Of a stretch of DNA of 64,000 nt, positions 20,302 to 30,059 are shown piece by piece. The first letter of the stretch is position 1, and each line of letters opens with the position of its first letter. The position numbers were made by a program, and so were the translations under genes. This DNA comes from Bacilli bacterium (GTDB taxonomy: Bacteria; Bacillota_I; Bacilli_A; RF39; UBA660). The stretch spans positions 4,698 through 68,697 of the forward strand of contig CAAGHO010000048.1 of NCBI GenBank assembly GCA_900769695.1. The letters are read 5' to 3'. The notes beneath the pieces were generated by a model. It saw only the letters and a program-made list of their open reading frames with translations. It had not been told where the DNA came from and searched no databases.

Positions 20302-21105
20302 ATGGGAAGTATTAGTGTAACAATAAAAAGAATTTTATCAAATAAAAATACAGTTACTGTACTTGGTGTAATAGCAGCTGTATTAGTATTGTATTTTGGT
20401 TATAATTCAAGAGTAAAAAAGGCGATTACTCCAATTAATGTTCCTTATGCAAAAGAAACAATTAAACCTGGTACACAAATAACAGAGGATATGATTGGAT
20501 ATAAAAATGTATCAAGTGAGACTGTTAATGATGGACTTGCTTATACAAATGTTAATGATGTAAAAAATAAATATGCAAATGCTGATAGTGTAATACCACA
20601 AGGAAGTTTATTTTATAAAAGATCAGTTGTAGAAAAAAGCCAATTACCTGATGAAATCATTTATGATTATCCTGATGGATATGTATTATATTATATGAAT
20701 GTAGATACAGAATCAACTTATGGTAATGCAATTTATCCAGGAAACTATATTGATATTTATTTAAAAGCACAAAATGCGCAAGCTGAAGGTGAAAATATAG
20801 TTACAAGTGACAAAATTATGGTTGGTAAATTGTTAGAAAATGTAAAAGTTATTGCTGTAAATGATGCAAATGGTAATAATGTATTTGCTGATGTTGATGA
20901 AAATAGAACTCCAGCAACATTAATCTTTGCAGTACCTCAAGAATATTATATTCTACTTAATAAAGCTAAATTCTTAAGATCAGTTTCAACCACATTGATT
21001 CCAGTACCAACAGCTGAAAGTTTAAAAGATGATCCAGGAGATTTAAAATTAAGTAGTGAAGAGTTAAAGAACTATATCAACAGTATTACTGTTTGGACAG
21101 AATAA
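20302..21105 (+). CDS. Flp pilus assembly protein CpaB/RcpC-like
   Basis: An N-terminal TM helix is followed by VPYAKETIKPGTQITEDMIGYKNV (SAF-like), then a beta-rich domain. It lies directly upstream of the TadA-like ATPase, as in tad/cpa loci. Confidence 0.5.
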   Translation: MGSISVTIKRILSNKNTVTVLGVIAAVLVLYFGYNSRVKKAITPINVPYAKETIKPGTQITEDMIGYKNVSSETVNDGLAYTNVNDVKNKYANADSVIPQGSLFYKRSVVEKSQLPDEIIYDYPDGYVLYYMNVDTESTYGNAIYPGNYIDIYLKAQNAQAEGENIVTSDKIMVGKLLENVKVIAVNDANGNNVFADVDENRTPATLIFAVPQEYYILLNKAKFLRSVSTTLIPVPTAESLKDDPGDLKLSSEELKNYINSITVWTE

Positions 21106-21147
21106 AAAGAAGAATAAAAAATAAAAAGAAAAAAGGGATGTGGTTAG

Positions 21148-22464
21148 ATGAACGAAAGTATATTTGACAAATTAGATTTTGGACCATTAAAACCATTATT
21201 GGATGATGATGATATTACTGATATTTCATTTTGTAATAAGGGGCAAATTTGGGTTCGTTCTCTAACTCAAGGTTCCAAAAGAATAGAAGTAGAAGGTGTT
21301 ACTCAAGAGTTCATGGAAAAATTAGCGTTTCAGTGTTCAAACGTCATGGGAACAACGTTTAATAATGCTAAACCATTTTTGGATGCTGAATCTGCTGAAT
21401 TGCGTTTTAACTTTGTTCATGAATCTATTGCTACTAATGGTATAGCTTGCGTTATTCGTAAAACACCTGCTAAGATTCGTTTGGAAAAACAAAAATTATT
21501 ACAGGAAGATTATTTTACAGCTGACATTCATGATATTTTAATAAAATGCGTCGAAGGTCACTGTAATATTTTAGTTGCCGGTGAAACTGGTTCAGGTAAA
21601 ACTGAATTTGTAAAATATCTAGCAAGTCATACAAAACAAGATGAAAAAATAATTACGATTGAAGATACACTAGAACTTCACTTAGACAGAATTTTTCCTG
21701 AAAGGGATATTGTTGCGATGAAGACAAATAATGTTGCAAGCTATTCTGATGTTTTAGTTACTTGTATGCGTCAGAATCCTAAATGGATTTTACTTTCGGA
21801 AGTTCGTAGTGCTGAAGCTGTTAGTGCTGTGCGTAACTCAATATCTTCGGGACATAATATTTTATCAACAATCCATGCTGATAAGGCAAGTGCTATTCCA
21901 TATCGTTTATATAGTTTGATGGAAACAGATTTGGAAGTTGATCAATTTTTAAATACAATTTATCGTTATATTCAATTAGGTGTACATATTAAGGCATATT
22001 ACAGTAAACAGTACGGTAAATTTCACCGTGAACTTGATGAAGTTGTTGAATTTTATGTAGATGATGATAATAAACCCCAATCTCATATAATTTATCAAAA
22101 ATTATTTGGAAAAGCACCAATTACTCATAGGCCAAGCAAACATTTAATTGAATATTTAGAAAATCAAAATATAGATATTTCTTCACTTGTTGAACATATG
22201 GCAAAAGAATCAGGTGAAAGTGTAGCAGAGCAAAACGCTGAAGCTTTGAGTAAAACTAGAAATTCAACTACTCAGGTTTCAAATTTAAATCAAAATCGAG
22301 TAAATACATCAACTGTTGTAAATAATCCTACACAAGTTCAAACTGTTCCAGTTCAAAATATACCGAATCAACAGGTAAAACAAGTTGTAGTAAATAATGT
22401 TCAAAATACTACACAAATTCCAAGACCACAGGTTGTAACTCTACCACCTGTAGGAAGTAATTAA
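21148..22464 (+). CDS. tadA: Type II/IV secretion ATPase, TadA/CpaF (VirB11-like) family, with a Q/N/V-rich C-terminal tail
   Basis: Walker A is VAGETGSGKTEF. Also present are ITIEDTLEL (Asp box), LLSEVRSAEA (Walker B region) and ILSTIHAD (His box). The C-terminal ~80 aa are low-complexity NQ/V repeats. Confidence 0.85.
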   Translation: MNESIFDKLDFGPLKPLLDDDDITDISFCNKGQIWVRSLTQGSKRIEVEGVTQEFMEKLAFQCSNVMGTTFNNAKPFLDAESAELRFNFVHESIATNGIACVIRKTPAKIRLEKQKLLQEDYFTADIHDILIKCVEGHCNILVAGETGSGKTEFVKYLASHTKQDEKIITIEDTLELHLDRIFPERDIVAMKTNNVASYSDVLVTCMRQNPKWILLSEVRSAEAVSAVRNSISSGHNILSTIHADKASAIPYRLYSLMETDLEVDQFLNTIYRYIQLGVHIKAYYSKQYGKFHRELDEVVEFYVDDDNKPQSHIIYQKLFGKAPITHRPSKHLIEYLENQNIDISSLVEHMAKESGESVAEQNAEALSKTRNSTTQVSNLNQNRVNTSTVVNNPTQVQTVPVQNIPNQQVKQVVVNNVQNTTQIPRPQVVTLPPVGSN

Positions 22465-22477
22465 GGGGTGATGTAAA

Positions 22478-23371
22478 GTGGTACTATTTCTATTATTATT
22501 AATTGCGTTTATTATCTTAATAAGTCGTAATTATAGTGGTAATAACTTAGGAAAATATGTTATTCAACAAGCATCAAACATATATAGTAAATATGCTCCA
22601 TATTCATTTAAAGTTGTACGTGAAAAAACAAAGCAGTTAGGTAAAGAATTTACAGTTAAAGACTACTTGATTCAGATAGCAATTTTTTCAGTTGCTACTG
22701 GTGTTATTACATACATGTATTTCTATAGTGTTACAATAACAATTATATATGTATGTATAGTAATTGCTTTTATCCCATACTTATCTTATTTAAGATGTAA
22801 AAAAGTTTATAGTGAGTTTATTTTTGAACAAATTCAAACATATACATCAAATACTATTATGGAATTTGCAACTACTCAGTCATTTGTAAAATCACTTGAA
22901 GGAGTTAGAGATTCTGGAATATTAGAAGATCCTGTAAAATCAGATGTTGAGCATATGATAGAACTTGCATATCAAAATGGTACGATTGATGAATCTGTCA
23001 ATTATATGTCAAATTTGTATCCATATTTTATAGTTAAAAACATGCACCAATTATTTTTACAAATAACAAAAGAAGGTGCTAGAAACTCTATGGATAGTTT
23101 GGAAAATATGCAGCTTGACATTGATATGCTTGTTGAAAGTGTTTATCGTGACCGTATTGATAGAGCAACATTCCATAAACAATTTCTACAATTTGGAATT
23201 ATGCTTTATTTAATGGTAATGCTAGTTCAATATTTGCTTGGAACAGAAGCATATTTAAAACTCTTAGAATCTTGGGTAATACAAGGGTTGCTGCATGGCG
23301 TTATTATAATTAATAGTATGTTTCTTCTTAAAGGTGAAAAATATTATTATGAGAATGTAGGTGCTGAATAA
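22478..23371 (+). CDS. TadB-like inner-membrane platform protein (T2SS F-type)
   Basis: GTG start with an AGGGGTGA RBS. The topology is TM, TM pair, ~130-aa cytoplasmic domain, then C-terminal TM helices, and the gene lies right after the TadA-like ATPase. Confidence 0.55.
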   Translation: MVLFLLLLIAFIILISRNYSGNNLGKYVIQQASNIYSKYAPYSFKVVREKTKQLGKEFTVKDYLIQIAIFSVATGVITYMYFYSVTITIIYVCIVIAFIPYLSYLRCKKVYSEFIFEQIQTYTSNTIMEFATTQSFVKSLEGVRDSGILEDPVKSDVEHMIELAYQNGTIDESVNYMSNLYPYFIVKNMHQLFLQITKEGARNSMDSLENMQLDIDMLVESVYRDRIDRATFHKQFLQFGIMLYLMVMLVQYLLGTEAYLKLLESWVIQGLLHGVIIINSMFLLKGEKYYYENVGAE

Positions 23372-24153
23372 TGGAAATAATTATTGTATGTGGCCTTATT
23401 GTTTTTATCTGTTTTTATAATAAAACAATAGATGGTAAAAAGTTTATTGCTGATAATGAAAAGTTTTTTCAACTATTAAGAGAAAAAGATTATGATTTTT
23501 TAGTTTTTTCTAAGTATGGTGACGATGTAGATTGCGATGAATTATTCAAAAAAAGAGTAATGAATGGATTGTTATTTGGATTATTATTCTTTATGATATT
23601 TTTAAGTAATTTAAGTCTTATAAACGTAGTCCTAACATTATTAATAGCGTTTGGAGTATTTAAATTACCATATATGCAATTAAAAAATTTCTATAAAGCT
23701 CACCTTCATGAGATAGATTTATTATTACCTTATTATCTAAAAGGACTAGAAATCTTAATTCAACATTATACTGTTCCAGTTGCAATAGGTAAAAGTATTG
23801 ATGATGCCCCTGATATATTTAAACCGGGACTTAGAAAGCTTGTAGATAGAATTAATGCAGGTGATTCAACAGTTGATCCATATATGGAGTTTTCTAATAC
23901 TTATCCTGTAAGAGATTCAATGAGAATGATGAGACTTTTATATCGTTTAGGTTTAGGTTCACAAGAGCGTAAACAAGAACGTTTAATGATGTTTTCAAGA
24001 AGTGTTTCTAACTTACAAAATAAAGCAAGAGAAGTTAAATACAAAGAAAGACTTAACTATATGGAAAGTCAAACTATGAAAATGCTTGTTGTAACAGGTG
24101 TAGCCGTTATGGGAATCATTTTAATTTCCATGATTGGTATGTTTAGTATGTAA
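23371..24153 (+). CDS. TadC-like inner-membrane platform protein
   Basis: Its start overlaps the upstream stop (TAATG). It has the same topology class as the preceding gene and is the second of the usual TadB/TadC pair. Confidence 0.55.
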   Translation: MEIIIVCGLIVFICFYNKTIDGKKFIADNEKFFQLLREKDYDFLVFSKYGDDVDCDELFKKRVMNGLLFGLLFFMIFLSNLSLINVVLTLLIAFGVFKLPYMQLKNFYKAHLHEIDLLLPYYLKGLEILIQHYTVPVAIGKSIDDAPDIFKPGLRKLVDRINAGDSTVDPYMEFSNTYPVRDSMRMMRLLYRLGLGSQERKQERLMMFSRSVSNLQNKAREVKYKERLNYMESQTMKMLVVTGVAVMGIILISMIGMFSM

Positions 24154-24169
24154 AGTTTGAAGTTTAATA

Positions 24170-24197
24170 TTGTAATTTATGCTAAAATTGGTATAAT
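24170..24197 (+). promoter_or_regulatory. Candidate extended -10 promoter for the Flp-like pilin gene
   Basis: TTGTAA (24170-24175), a 16-nt spacer, then TGgTATAAT (-10 at 24192-24197). A GGGTG RBS lies 10 nt before the ATG at 24237. Confidence 0.4.
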
Positions 24198-24236
24198 AAA
24201 AATGTATATATATAATATGAAAGGGTGTGTTAATAT

Positions 24237-24392
24237 ATGAAAGCAGCAACAGGAGAATTAAATTTAACAGTTATTACATTAATTGCTATTGCAGCAGTTA
24301 TAGGATTTTTCTGGCTAATGTGGCCTAATATTACAAATTCATTGAATGATCAATGGAACAGTATTAGTGGTGGACAAACAACAGCAAAATAG
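24237..24392 (+). CDS. Flp-type small pilin candidate (51 aa, below the ORF-track cutoff)
   Basis: I translated it by hand: MKAATGELNLTVITLIAIAAVIGFFWLMWPNITNSLNDQWNSISGGQTTAK*. It has a short basic leader ending in Gly, then a ~20-aa hydrophobic helix. It has its own RBS and promoter and lies between the TadC-like and pseudopilin-like genes. Confidence 0.55.
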   Translation: MKAATGELNLTVITLIAIAAVIGFFWLMWPNITNSLNDQWNSISGGQTTAK

Positions 24393-24424
24393 TTGATATA
24401 AATAAAAATTGAGAGGTGTTTTAA

Positions 24425-24883
24425 ATGCGTGATTCTATAGGAGGTGTATTTAATCTTACTTTTATAGCAATATTTATGCTAGTAGTAAGTGGTTATTTAG
24501 CTTTTTCTGTTAGTTACAATAAGGCTTATAAGGTTAAAAATAAAATAATTTCTACCTTAGAACAGTATGAAGGATATAATAACAAATCCAAAGAAGTAAT
24601 TGAAGATTACATGAATAGAATTGGTTATAACTCAAAAAATGCTTCTCCTAGATTAGAGTCATCATATGATTGTTGTACAAAAAGAGGATACTGTATTAGT
24701 TGGGTTCCAGATGATAGCGCTAATTCAGGATTACCAAAAGGATATTATAAAGTTGTAACTTCTGTTAACATTGATGTTCCAATATTTAATAAATTTTTGC
24801 CATATATGACATTTTTTCAAACTACTGGTGATACTATGACTATTTACGCTTCTGGTAATCCAACAACAGCTAGTTGTAGTTAA
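24425..24883 (+). CDS. Pseudopilin / TadE-like minor pilin candidate
   Basis: It begins MRDSIGGVFNLTFIAIFMLVVSGYLAF, a short leader ending in GG followed by an xxNLT hydrophobic helix that echoes GELNLTVITLIAIA of the Flp-like ORF. Length is 152 aa with 4 Cys. Confidence 0.4.
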   Translation: MRDSIGGVFNLTFIAIFMLVVSGYLAFSVSYNKAYKVKNKIISTLEQYEGYNNKSKEVIEDYMNRIGYNSKNASPRLESSYDCCTKRGYCISWVPDDSANSGLPKGYYKVVTSVNIDVPIFNKFLPYMTFFQTTGDTMTIYASGNPTTASCS

Positions 24884-24909
24884 TCATAAAATATAGGTTG
24901 GAGGTTAAG

Positions 24910-25908
24910 ATGAACGTAATAGTATCTAATAAGAAACAAGAGCAACTTAACTCATTAGATATTGATGTCATTAAAAGTATTAATGGTATATATGAAACTG
25001 AAGAATTAGTTTCAATGTTTAAAAATTTTTTCTACGAAAAAATGATAATAGATATTACAGCCATTAATAACTATAATGATATTAGTAATATTGAAAGATT
25101 AGCTATGGGATTAGGCTCTGAAAAATTAATTTTATTGCTAACTGATGAATTATGTACATCAGTTTACTTGTCAAAATTAATAGATGTTGGTATCTATAAT
25201 TTTACTAATAATATTAATGCAATAAAAAGACTAATTGCTAGACCTAATACATATGAGGATGTAAAAAAGTTACAAATTTTAAATACTGTTTCAGAAGAAA
25301 TAAAAGAACATGCAGAAACAACAACTTCAAGAAATAAAAACTCTTTAAAAGTTTTGGGTATAAAAAATGTTACTGAAAATGCTGGAGCTACGACTTTTAC
25401 ATATATGTTGTTAAAAACTTTAAAGAAACATTTTGGTAGTAATGCTTATGCTATTGAAGTAGATAAAAATGATTTTAGATATTTTAATGAAAAAAATATG
25501 ATATCAGTCGGATCTGAAAATTTAAAATCTAAACTTGATAGTTTAAATAATGCTCAAATAATTTTAATTGATCTTAATAAATCAAATAATGAGTCATTAT
25601 GTCAAGAAGTAATCTATTTAATAGAACCTAGTACAATTATGTTAAACAAACTTATAAGTACAAATCGTGGGGTATTTGAAAAACTTAAAGATAAAAAGAT
25701 TGTTCTTAACAAAAGTTGTTTATCAAATAAAGATGTTACAGAATTTGAATATGAGGCAAATGTTAAGGTTTTCTATAACATTCCTGCTTTAGATGATCAT
25801 GTTAATAATAACGTTTTAGAGGATTTTCTTTCAAGATTAAGTATTTTTGATGCAACAGCAGCAAGAAAAGAAGACGGAAATAAAATTTTCGGAATATTTG
25901 GACATTAA
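24910..25908 (+). CDS. TadZ/CpaE-like protein (receiver-like N-domain plus degenerate ParA/MinD-type ATPase domain)
   Basis: A GGAGG RBS precedes the ATG at 24910. The N-terminal ~110 aa look like a CheY-like fold. After that, VLGIKNVTENAGATTFTYMLLKTL sits where the deviant Walker A occurs, but the P-loop Lys is missing. Confidence 0.45.
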   Translation: MNVIVSNKKQEQLNSLDIDVIKSINGIYETEELVSMFKNFFYEKMIIDITAINNYNDISNIERLAMGLGSEKLILLLTDELCTSVYLSKLIDVGIYNFTNNINAIKRLIARPNTYEDVKKLQILNTVSEEIKEHAETTTSRNKNSLKVLGIKNVTENAGATTFTYMLLKTLKKHFGSNAYAIEVDKNDFRYFNEKNMISVGSENLKSKLDSLNNAQIILIDLNKSNNESLCQEVIYLIEPSTIMLNKLISTNRGVFEKLKDKKIVLNKSCLSNKDVTEFEYEANVKVFYNIPALDDHVNNNVLEDFLSRLSIFDATAARKEDGNKIFGIFGH

Positions 25909-25999
25909 AGAAATCTTTTATAGATTTTTTTATTTTGTTTAAAAATATATTTTTATATGGTAATATATTTATAGAAATTACCATCAGAGGAGATTTATT

Positions 26000-27496
26000 A
26001 TGAAAACCTTAATAAGAAAAATAAAAAATTATAAACCGTCAAAATATATATGCTATTTATATTTTTTTGTTCCTTTATTTATTTGTTCTATTAGCAATGT
26101 TTCTAAAGAAAATGATATTTGGTTCTTATTAAAACATGGAGAATATATTTTAAAACGTGGATTTCCACATATAGAACCATTATCAATGCATCAAAATTTT
26201 TCATTTGTTATGCAGCAATGGCTATCATCGATTATATTTTATTTATCTCATAAAACTTTCGGGCAATATGGAATTTTGTTGGTGATGTTAATAACTAATA
26301 TTTTAATATTATACTTTCTATACAAGTTATGTATGCTTATATCTGAAAATAGATTTAGATTATCTATAATTATTACTTGTATTACAGACATATTTTTACT
26401 TTTATTTATGATACCAAGACCTTGGATATTTACGATGTTGAATTTAATAATAGTGTTATATATAATGGAATTATTTTATAAAAAGAATAATAGAAAAGCA
26501 TTATACTTTTTACCACTTATTTCATTAATACAAATAAATATACAATCATCAATGTGGTTTATGTTATTTATTTTTATGTTACCATATATTGTTTGTTTAT
26601 TTATTGAAAAAGAAAAATTAAATAAAAATAATATAATTAACATTAGTTTAATTATAATATTAATGTTTATTTGCGGATTTATTAATCCTTATGGACTTGA
26701 TAATATTCTATATGTAGTAAAATCATATGGAAATTATTACATAAATAATACGGTTACTGAAATGCAGGCAATATCTTTAAGTGAAAGCAAATCACTATTT
26801 TATTCACATTTGTTTTATATTATATTGTTAATACAATTGTTAATATACATATTCTGCAAAAAGGGAAAATTTGAACTTAGACATTTATTCTTATTTCTTG
26901 GAGTTACTTTTCTAGGATTAAAAAATATAAGAAGTATGTGGATTTTTATAATTGGAACTATCCCTTTCATAGCTTCCTATCTTAAGCCATATTTTAAAAA
27001 ATTATCAAAACAAGAAGAGAATTATAAATTAGAATCAATAGAAAAAAGAAATTATTATATAGTTATAATTTTCTTGTTTGTTTATACATTCGTAGTAGCA
27101 GGTATTGTAAATAGTAAATTTACTAATAAATTAGAAAAAGGAATTGATGCTATATATAATACTTCTAATGTTAATGCTAAAACTACTGTTTATACTAATT
27201 ATAATAATGGATCATATGCAGAATATAGAAATTTAAAACCTTATATTGATCCCAGAGCAGAGATTTTTATAAAGAAAAATAATCATAAAGAAGATATAAT
27301 GAAAGAATATTATCTAGTTTATAATGGTTATATAAGTTATGATAAATTTATTAATAAATATAAATTTGATTATATGATTATTATGAAAAATGAAGTAATT
27401 TATACTAGTGCTTTAAAAGATAAAAATTATAAGAGCATTTATTACAGTAAAAAATATAAATATAGAGTCTTTGAACGTATAGAAAATAGAAAGTAG
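26000..27496 (+). CDS. Polytopic membrane protein, GT-C-like (ArnT/PMT-type) glycosyltransferase candidate
   Basis: 498 aa with ~11 TM helices. An N-terminal [15 protein letters not shown]...[12 protein letters not shown] loop follows TM1, and there is a soluble C-terminal domain. Confidence 0.45.
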   Translation: MKTLIRKIKNYKPSKYICYLYFFVPLFICSISNVSKENDIWFLLKHGEYILKRGFPHIEPLSMHQNFSFVMQQWLSSIIFYLSHKTFGQYGILLVMLITNILILYFLYKLCMLISENRFRLSIIITCITDIFLLLFMIPRPWIFTMLNLIIVLYIMELFYKKNNRKALYFLPLISLIQINIQSSMWFMLFIFMLPYIVCLFIEKEKLNKNNIINISLIIILMFICGFINPYGLDNILYVVKSYGNYYINNTVTEMQAISLSESKSLFYSHLFYIILLIQLLIYIFCKKGKFELRHLFLFLGVTFLGLKNIRSMWIFIIGTIPFIASYLKPYFKKLSKQEENYKLESIEKRNYYIVIIFLFVYTFVVAGIVNSKFTNKLEKGIDAIYNTSNVNAKTTVYTNYNNGSYAEYRNLKPYIDPRAEIFIKKNNHKEDIMKEYYLVYNGYISYDKFINKYKFDYMIIMKNEVIYTSALKDKNYKSIYYSKKYKYRVFERIENRK

Positions 27497-27503
27497 TGGA
27501 TAT

Positions 27504-29045
27504 ATGAAAAAAGTAGTTATAATAGGAGCAGGTCCAGCTGGTTTAACAGCGGCATATGAATTATTAAAGAAGAGTAATGATTATGAAGTAATCATTTTAG
27601 AAGAAAATAAAAATATAGGTGGAATTTCAAAGACTATTAATTATAAAGGCAATAGAATGGATCTTGGAGGACATAGATTCTTTACTAAAAATCAAAGAAT
27701 AAAAGATTTATGGTTAGAAATATTACCTATTCAGGGAAAAGATTCTTATGATGATAAAAAACTAAAGAAGCATAAAGAATTAGTAAAAAATGGACCAGAT
27801 CCTGAAAAAGAAGACAATGTAATGCTGATAAGAAATAGAGTATCTAGAATCTTTTATCATGATAAATTTTTTGACTATCCAGTAACATTCAACTTAAAAA
27901 CAATAAAAAACTTAGGTTTTATTAATACAATTATTTGTGGATTTAGTTATTTAAGATATAAAATTTTCAAAAGAAAAGAAAATAACTTGGAAGATTTTTA
28001 TATTAATCGTTTTGGTAAGAAACTTTATTCAATGTTTTTTGAAGGATATACAGAAAAAGTTTGGGGAAGAAGTCCTAAGAATATTTCTAAAGAATGGGGA
28101 TATCAAAGAGTAAAAGGTATTTCTATTACAGCTGTCTTAAGGGATTATTTCTTAAAAATATTTAAAATTAAAAACAAAAATAAAGAAACATCATTGATAG
28201 AGCAGTTTTATTATCCTAAATATGGACCTGGAGAGTTATATGAAGAAATGGCTAAAAAAATTGTAAAGATGGGTGGAATTATTAAGAAAAATTCTAAGGT
28301 TATTTCTATAAAAAGGGCAAAAAATAAGATTACTAGTGTAAAATATATAAATAATAATAAAGAATATAATTTGGATGTTGATTATTTAGTTTCATCTATG
28401 CCTATTAAAGATTTAGTTTCAAGTTTAAATAACGTATCTAAAGATGTAAAAGCTGTTTCTGATAATTTACCATATAGAGACTTTATTACAGTTGGAGTCT
28501 TAGTAGATTCTCTTGCGATAAAAAATAAAACAAATATCAAAACAATTAATAATAATATTCCTGATTGTTGGTTATATATCCAAGATACTAGCGTTAAATT
28601 AGGAAGAATTCAAATATTTAATAATTGGTCACCCTATATGGTAAAAGATATAAATAATAAAATTTTTCTCGGACTTGAATATTTTTGTAATGAAGGTGAT
28701 GACTTCTGGAATTTAAGTGATAAAAAAATCAAGGATTTAGCAGAATCAGAGCTAAGGAAAATGAATTTAATAGATGATAGAATTATAGACAGTTGTTGTT
28801 ATAGAGTAAAAAAAGCATATCCAGCTTATTTTGATAGTTATAAAGATTTTGATATCGTAAAAAATTATTTATCAAACATTTCAAATTTGTATTGTATTGG
28901 AAGAAATGGACAACATCGCTATAATAATATGGATCATTCTATGATGACAGGAATAAAGACTGTAGAATGTATTTTGAATAATAAAGATAAAAGTATAATT
29001 TGGGATATTAATACTGATAAAAACTATCATGAACAGCAAAATTAG
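27504..29045 (+). CDS. NAD(P)/FAD-dependent oxidoreductase (amine-oxidase / UDP-galactopyranose-mutase-like fold)
   Basis: The dinucleotide-binding motif [19 protein letters not shown] is present, followed by GGISKT...[12 protein letters not shown]. Confidence 0.75.
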   Translation: MKKVVIIGAGPAGLTAAYELLKKSNDYEVIILEENKNIGGISKTINYKGNRMDLGGHRFFTKNQRIKDLWLEILPIQGKDSYDDKKLKKHKELVKNGPDPEKEDNVMLIRNRVSRIFYHDKFFDYPVTFNLKTIKNLGFINTIICGFSYLRYKIFKRKENNLEDFYINRFGKKLYSMFFEGYTEKVWGRSPKNISKEWGYQRVKGISITAVLRDYFLKIFKIKNKNKETSLIEQFYYPKYGPGELYEEMAKKIVKMGGIIKKNSKVISIKRAKNKITSVKYINNNKEYNLDVDYLVSSMPIKDLVSSLNNVSKDVKAVSDNLPYRDFITVGVLVDSLAIKNKTNIKTINNNIPDCWLYIQDTSVKLGRIQIFNNWSPYMVKDINNKIFLGLEYFCNEGDDFWNLSDKKIKDLAESELRKMNLIDDRIIDSCCYRVKKAYPAYFDSYKDFDIVKNYLSNISNLYCIGRNGQHRYNNMDHSMMTGIKTVECILNNKDKSIIWDINTDKNYHEQQN

Positions 29046-29108
29046 TTAATTTTAAACAATATAAAGAATGATAAAAGTTTAAAAATATGTCAATTACTTT
29101 TAATTTTA

Positions 29109-29137
29109 TTGACTTTTGATTAAAATATATGTAATAT
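29109..29137 (+). promoter_or_regulatory. Candidate sigma-A promoter of the T4SS operon
   Basis: TTGACT (29109-29114), a 17-nt spacer, then TAATAT (29132-29137). A GGAGAGG RBS and the ATG at 29163 follow. Confidence 0.45.
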
Positions 29138-29162
29138 ATTAATTAGAAAAGGAGAGGTTATA

Positions 29163-29504
29163 ATGTTAGATTTAGTACAATTTTTGGTAACAGATAAATG
29201 TCAAGGGCTTGGTCCTATAATAGTAGTAATTAAAAATGTATTTAAGTTAATTCAATTTGCTATTCCAATAGCTTTAGTATTATTTGGTACTATAGATTTA
29301 GGAAAGGCAGTTATATCAAGTGATGAAAAAGAGGTAAAAAAAGCTCAAGGTACATTAATCAAACGTTGTATTTATGCTGTTGCAATTTTCTTTATCATTA
29401 CATTAGTTACATTAATTATGAATATTGTTGCTAAAGGTGTAGCAGACGATAGCGCTAATGGTGCTGATACTTCTAGTTGGGCAACTTGCTGGAATTCAAA
29501 ATAG
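29163..29504 (+). CDS. VirB2/TrbC-like small membrane (pilin-like) conjugal-transfer protein
   Basis: 113 aa with two TM helices flanking GTIDLGKAVISSDEKEVKKAQGTLIKRCIYAVAIFF. It is a paralogue of the next gene and has the layout of pilin-like T4SS subunits of Firmicutes and Mycoplasma ICEs. Confidence 0.5.
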   Translation: MLDLVQFLVTDKCQGLGPIIVVIKNVFKLIQFAIPIALVLFGTIDLGKAVISSDEKEVKKAQGTLIKRCIYAVAIFFIITLVTLIMNIVAKGVADDSANGADTSSWATCWNSK

Positions 29505-29521
29505 TTAATATAAGTGAGTAG

Positions 29522-29562
29522 AAAATAAATAGTAATTGTAATTGCTATTTATTTTTTTTTTT
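29522..29562 (+). terminator. Intra-operon hairpin plus T11 run between the two VirB2-like genes
   Basis: The stem is aaaataaatag/ctatttatttt with a ~12-nt loop, followed by a T-run ending at 29562. TGcTATAAT (29562-29570) follows immediately. Confidence 0.5.
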
Positions 29563-29608
29563 GCTATAATTAACTTGGATTATTTTATGACAAGGGTGGA
29601 TAGTGTCT

Positions 29609-30040
29609 ATGAGAAAAATATTGACAATTATATATATTATGATTATTACTATATCCTTAGTATTACCTATTAATATACAGGCTGCTAATATTAAGATATC
29701 TGATAATAATTATGTTCAAATACTAGATGGAACAATAGATTGTACAAGCCAAGAAACAGGTATACTTGGTAGTGTTCAAGATAAAGAATCTGTTGCTTGG
29801 TTATTACAACAGATTCTAAATTATATTAAGATACTAGGACCGTCTCTTGCAATTGCTTTAGGAACTATTGATTTTGTAAAGGCAATAGTGGTTTCAGATG
29901 AAAAAAGTATGAAAGAGACACAAAAGAAATTTGTGAATAGATTAATTGCAGCTTTTTTATTGTTTTTTGTACCTTTAATAGTTCAAGTGTTATTGAATTT
30001 ATTTGGTTTTACAACAAATATTGCTTGTGGATTAAAATAG
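29609..30040 (+). CDS. VirB2/TrbC-like protein, paralogue with a signal peptide and N-terminal extension
   Basis: A GGGTGGA RBS favours the ATG at 29609. The signal peptide reads ...LPINIQA/AN. The segment GTIDFVKAIVVSDEKSMKETQKKFVNRLIAAFLLFF aligns with 29163..29504. Confidence 0.5.
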   Translation: MRKILTIIYIMIITISLVLPINIQAANIKISDNNYVQILDGTIDCTSQETGILGSVQDKESVAWLLQQILNYIKILGPSLAIALGTIDFVKAIVVSDEKSMKETQKKFVNRLIAAFLLFFVPLIVQVLLNLFGFTTNIACGLK

Positions 30041-30059
30041 TTAATTAGGAGGTAAAAAT

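Larger units (their letters stand above)
14273..25908 (+). other. Tad/Flp-like (type IVc) pilus gene cluster with associated surface protein, sortase B and Cys-rich secreted protein
   Basis: Co-directional, tightly spaced genes: surface protein, srtB, Cys-rich protein, small TM protein, CpaB-like, TadA/CpaF ATPase, TadB-like, TadC-like, Flp-like pilin, pseudopilin-like, TadZ-like. Confidence 0.6.

Noticed and set aside
25957-25984. An 8-bp inverted repeat (atggtaat N12 attaccat) just upstream of the RBS of 26000..27496, as a possible operator or attenuator.
   Set aside because: It is short and AT-rich, and such palindromes are expected by chance at this base composition. There is no second copy or associated regulator in the window.
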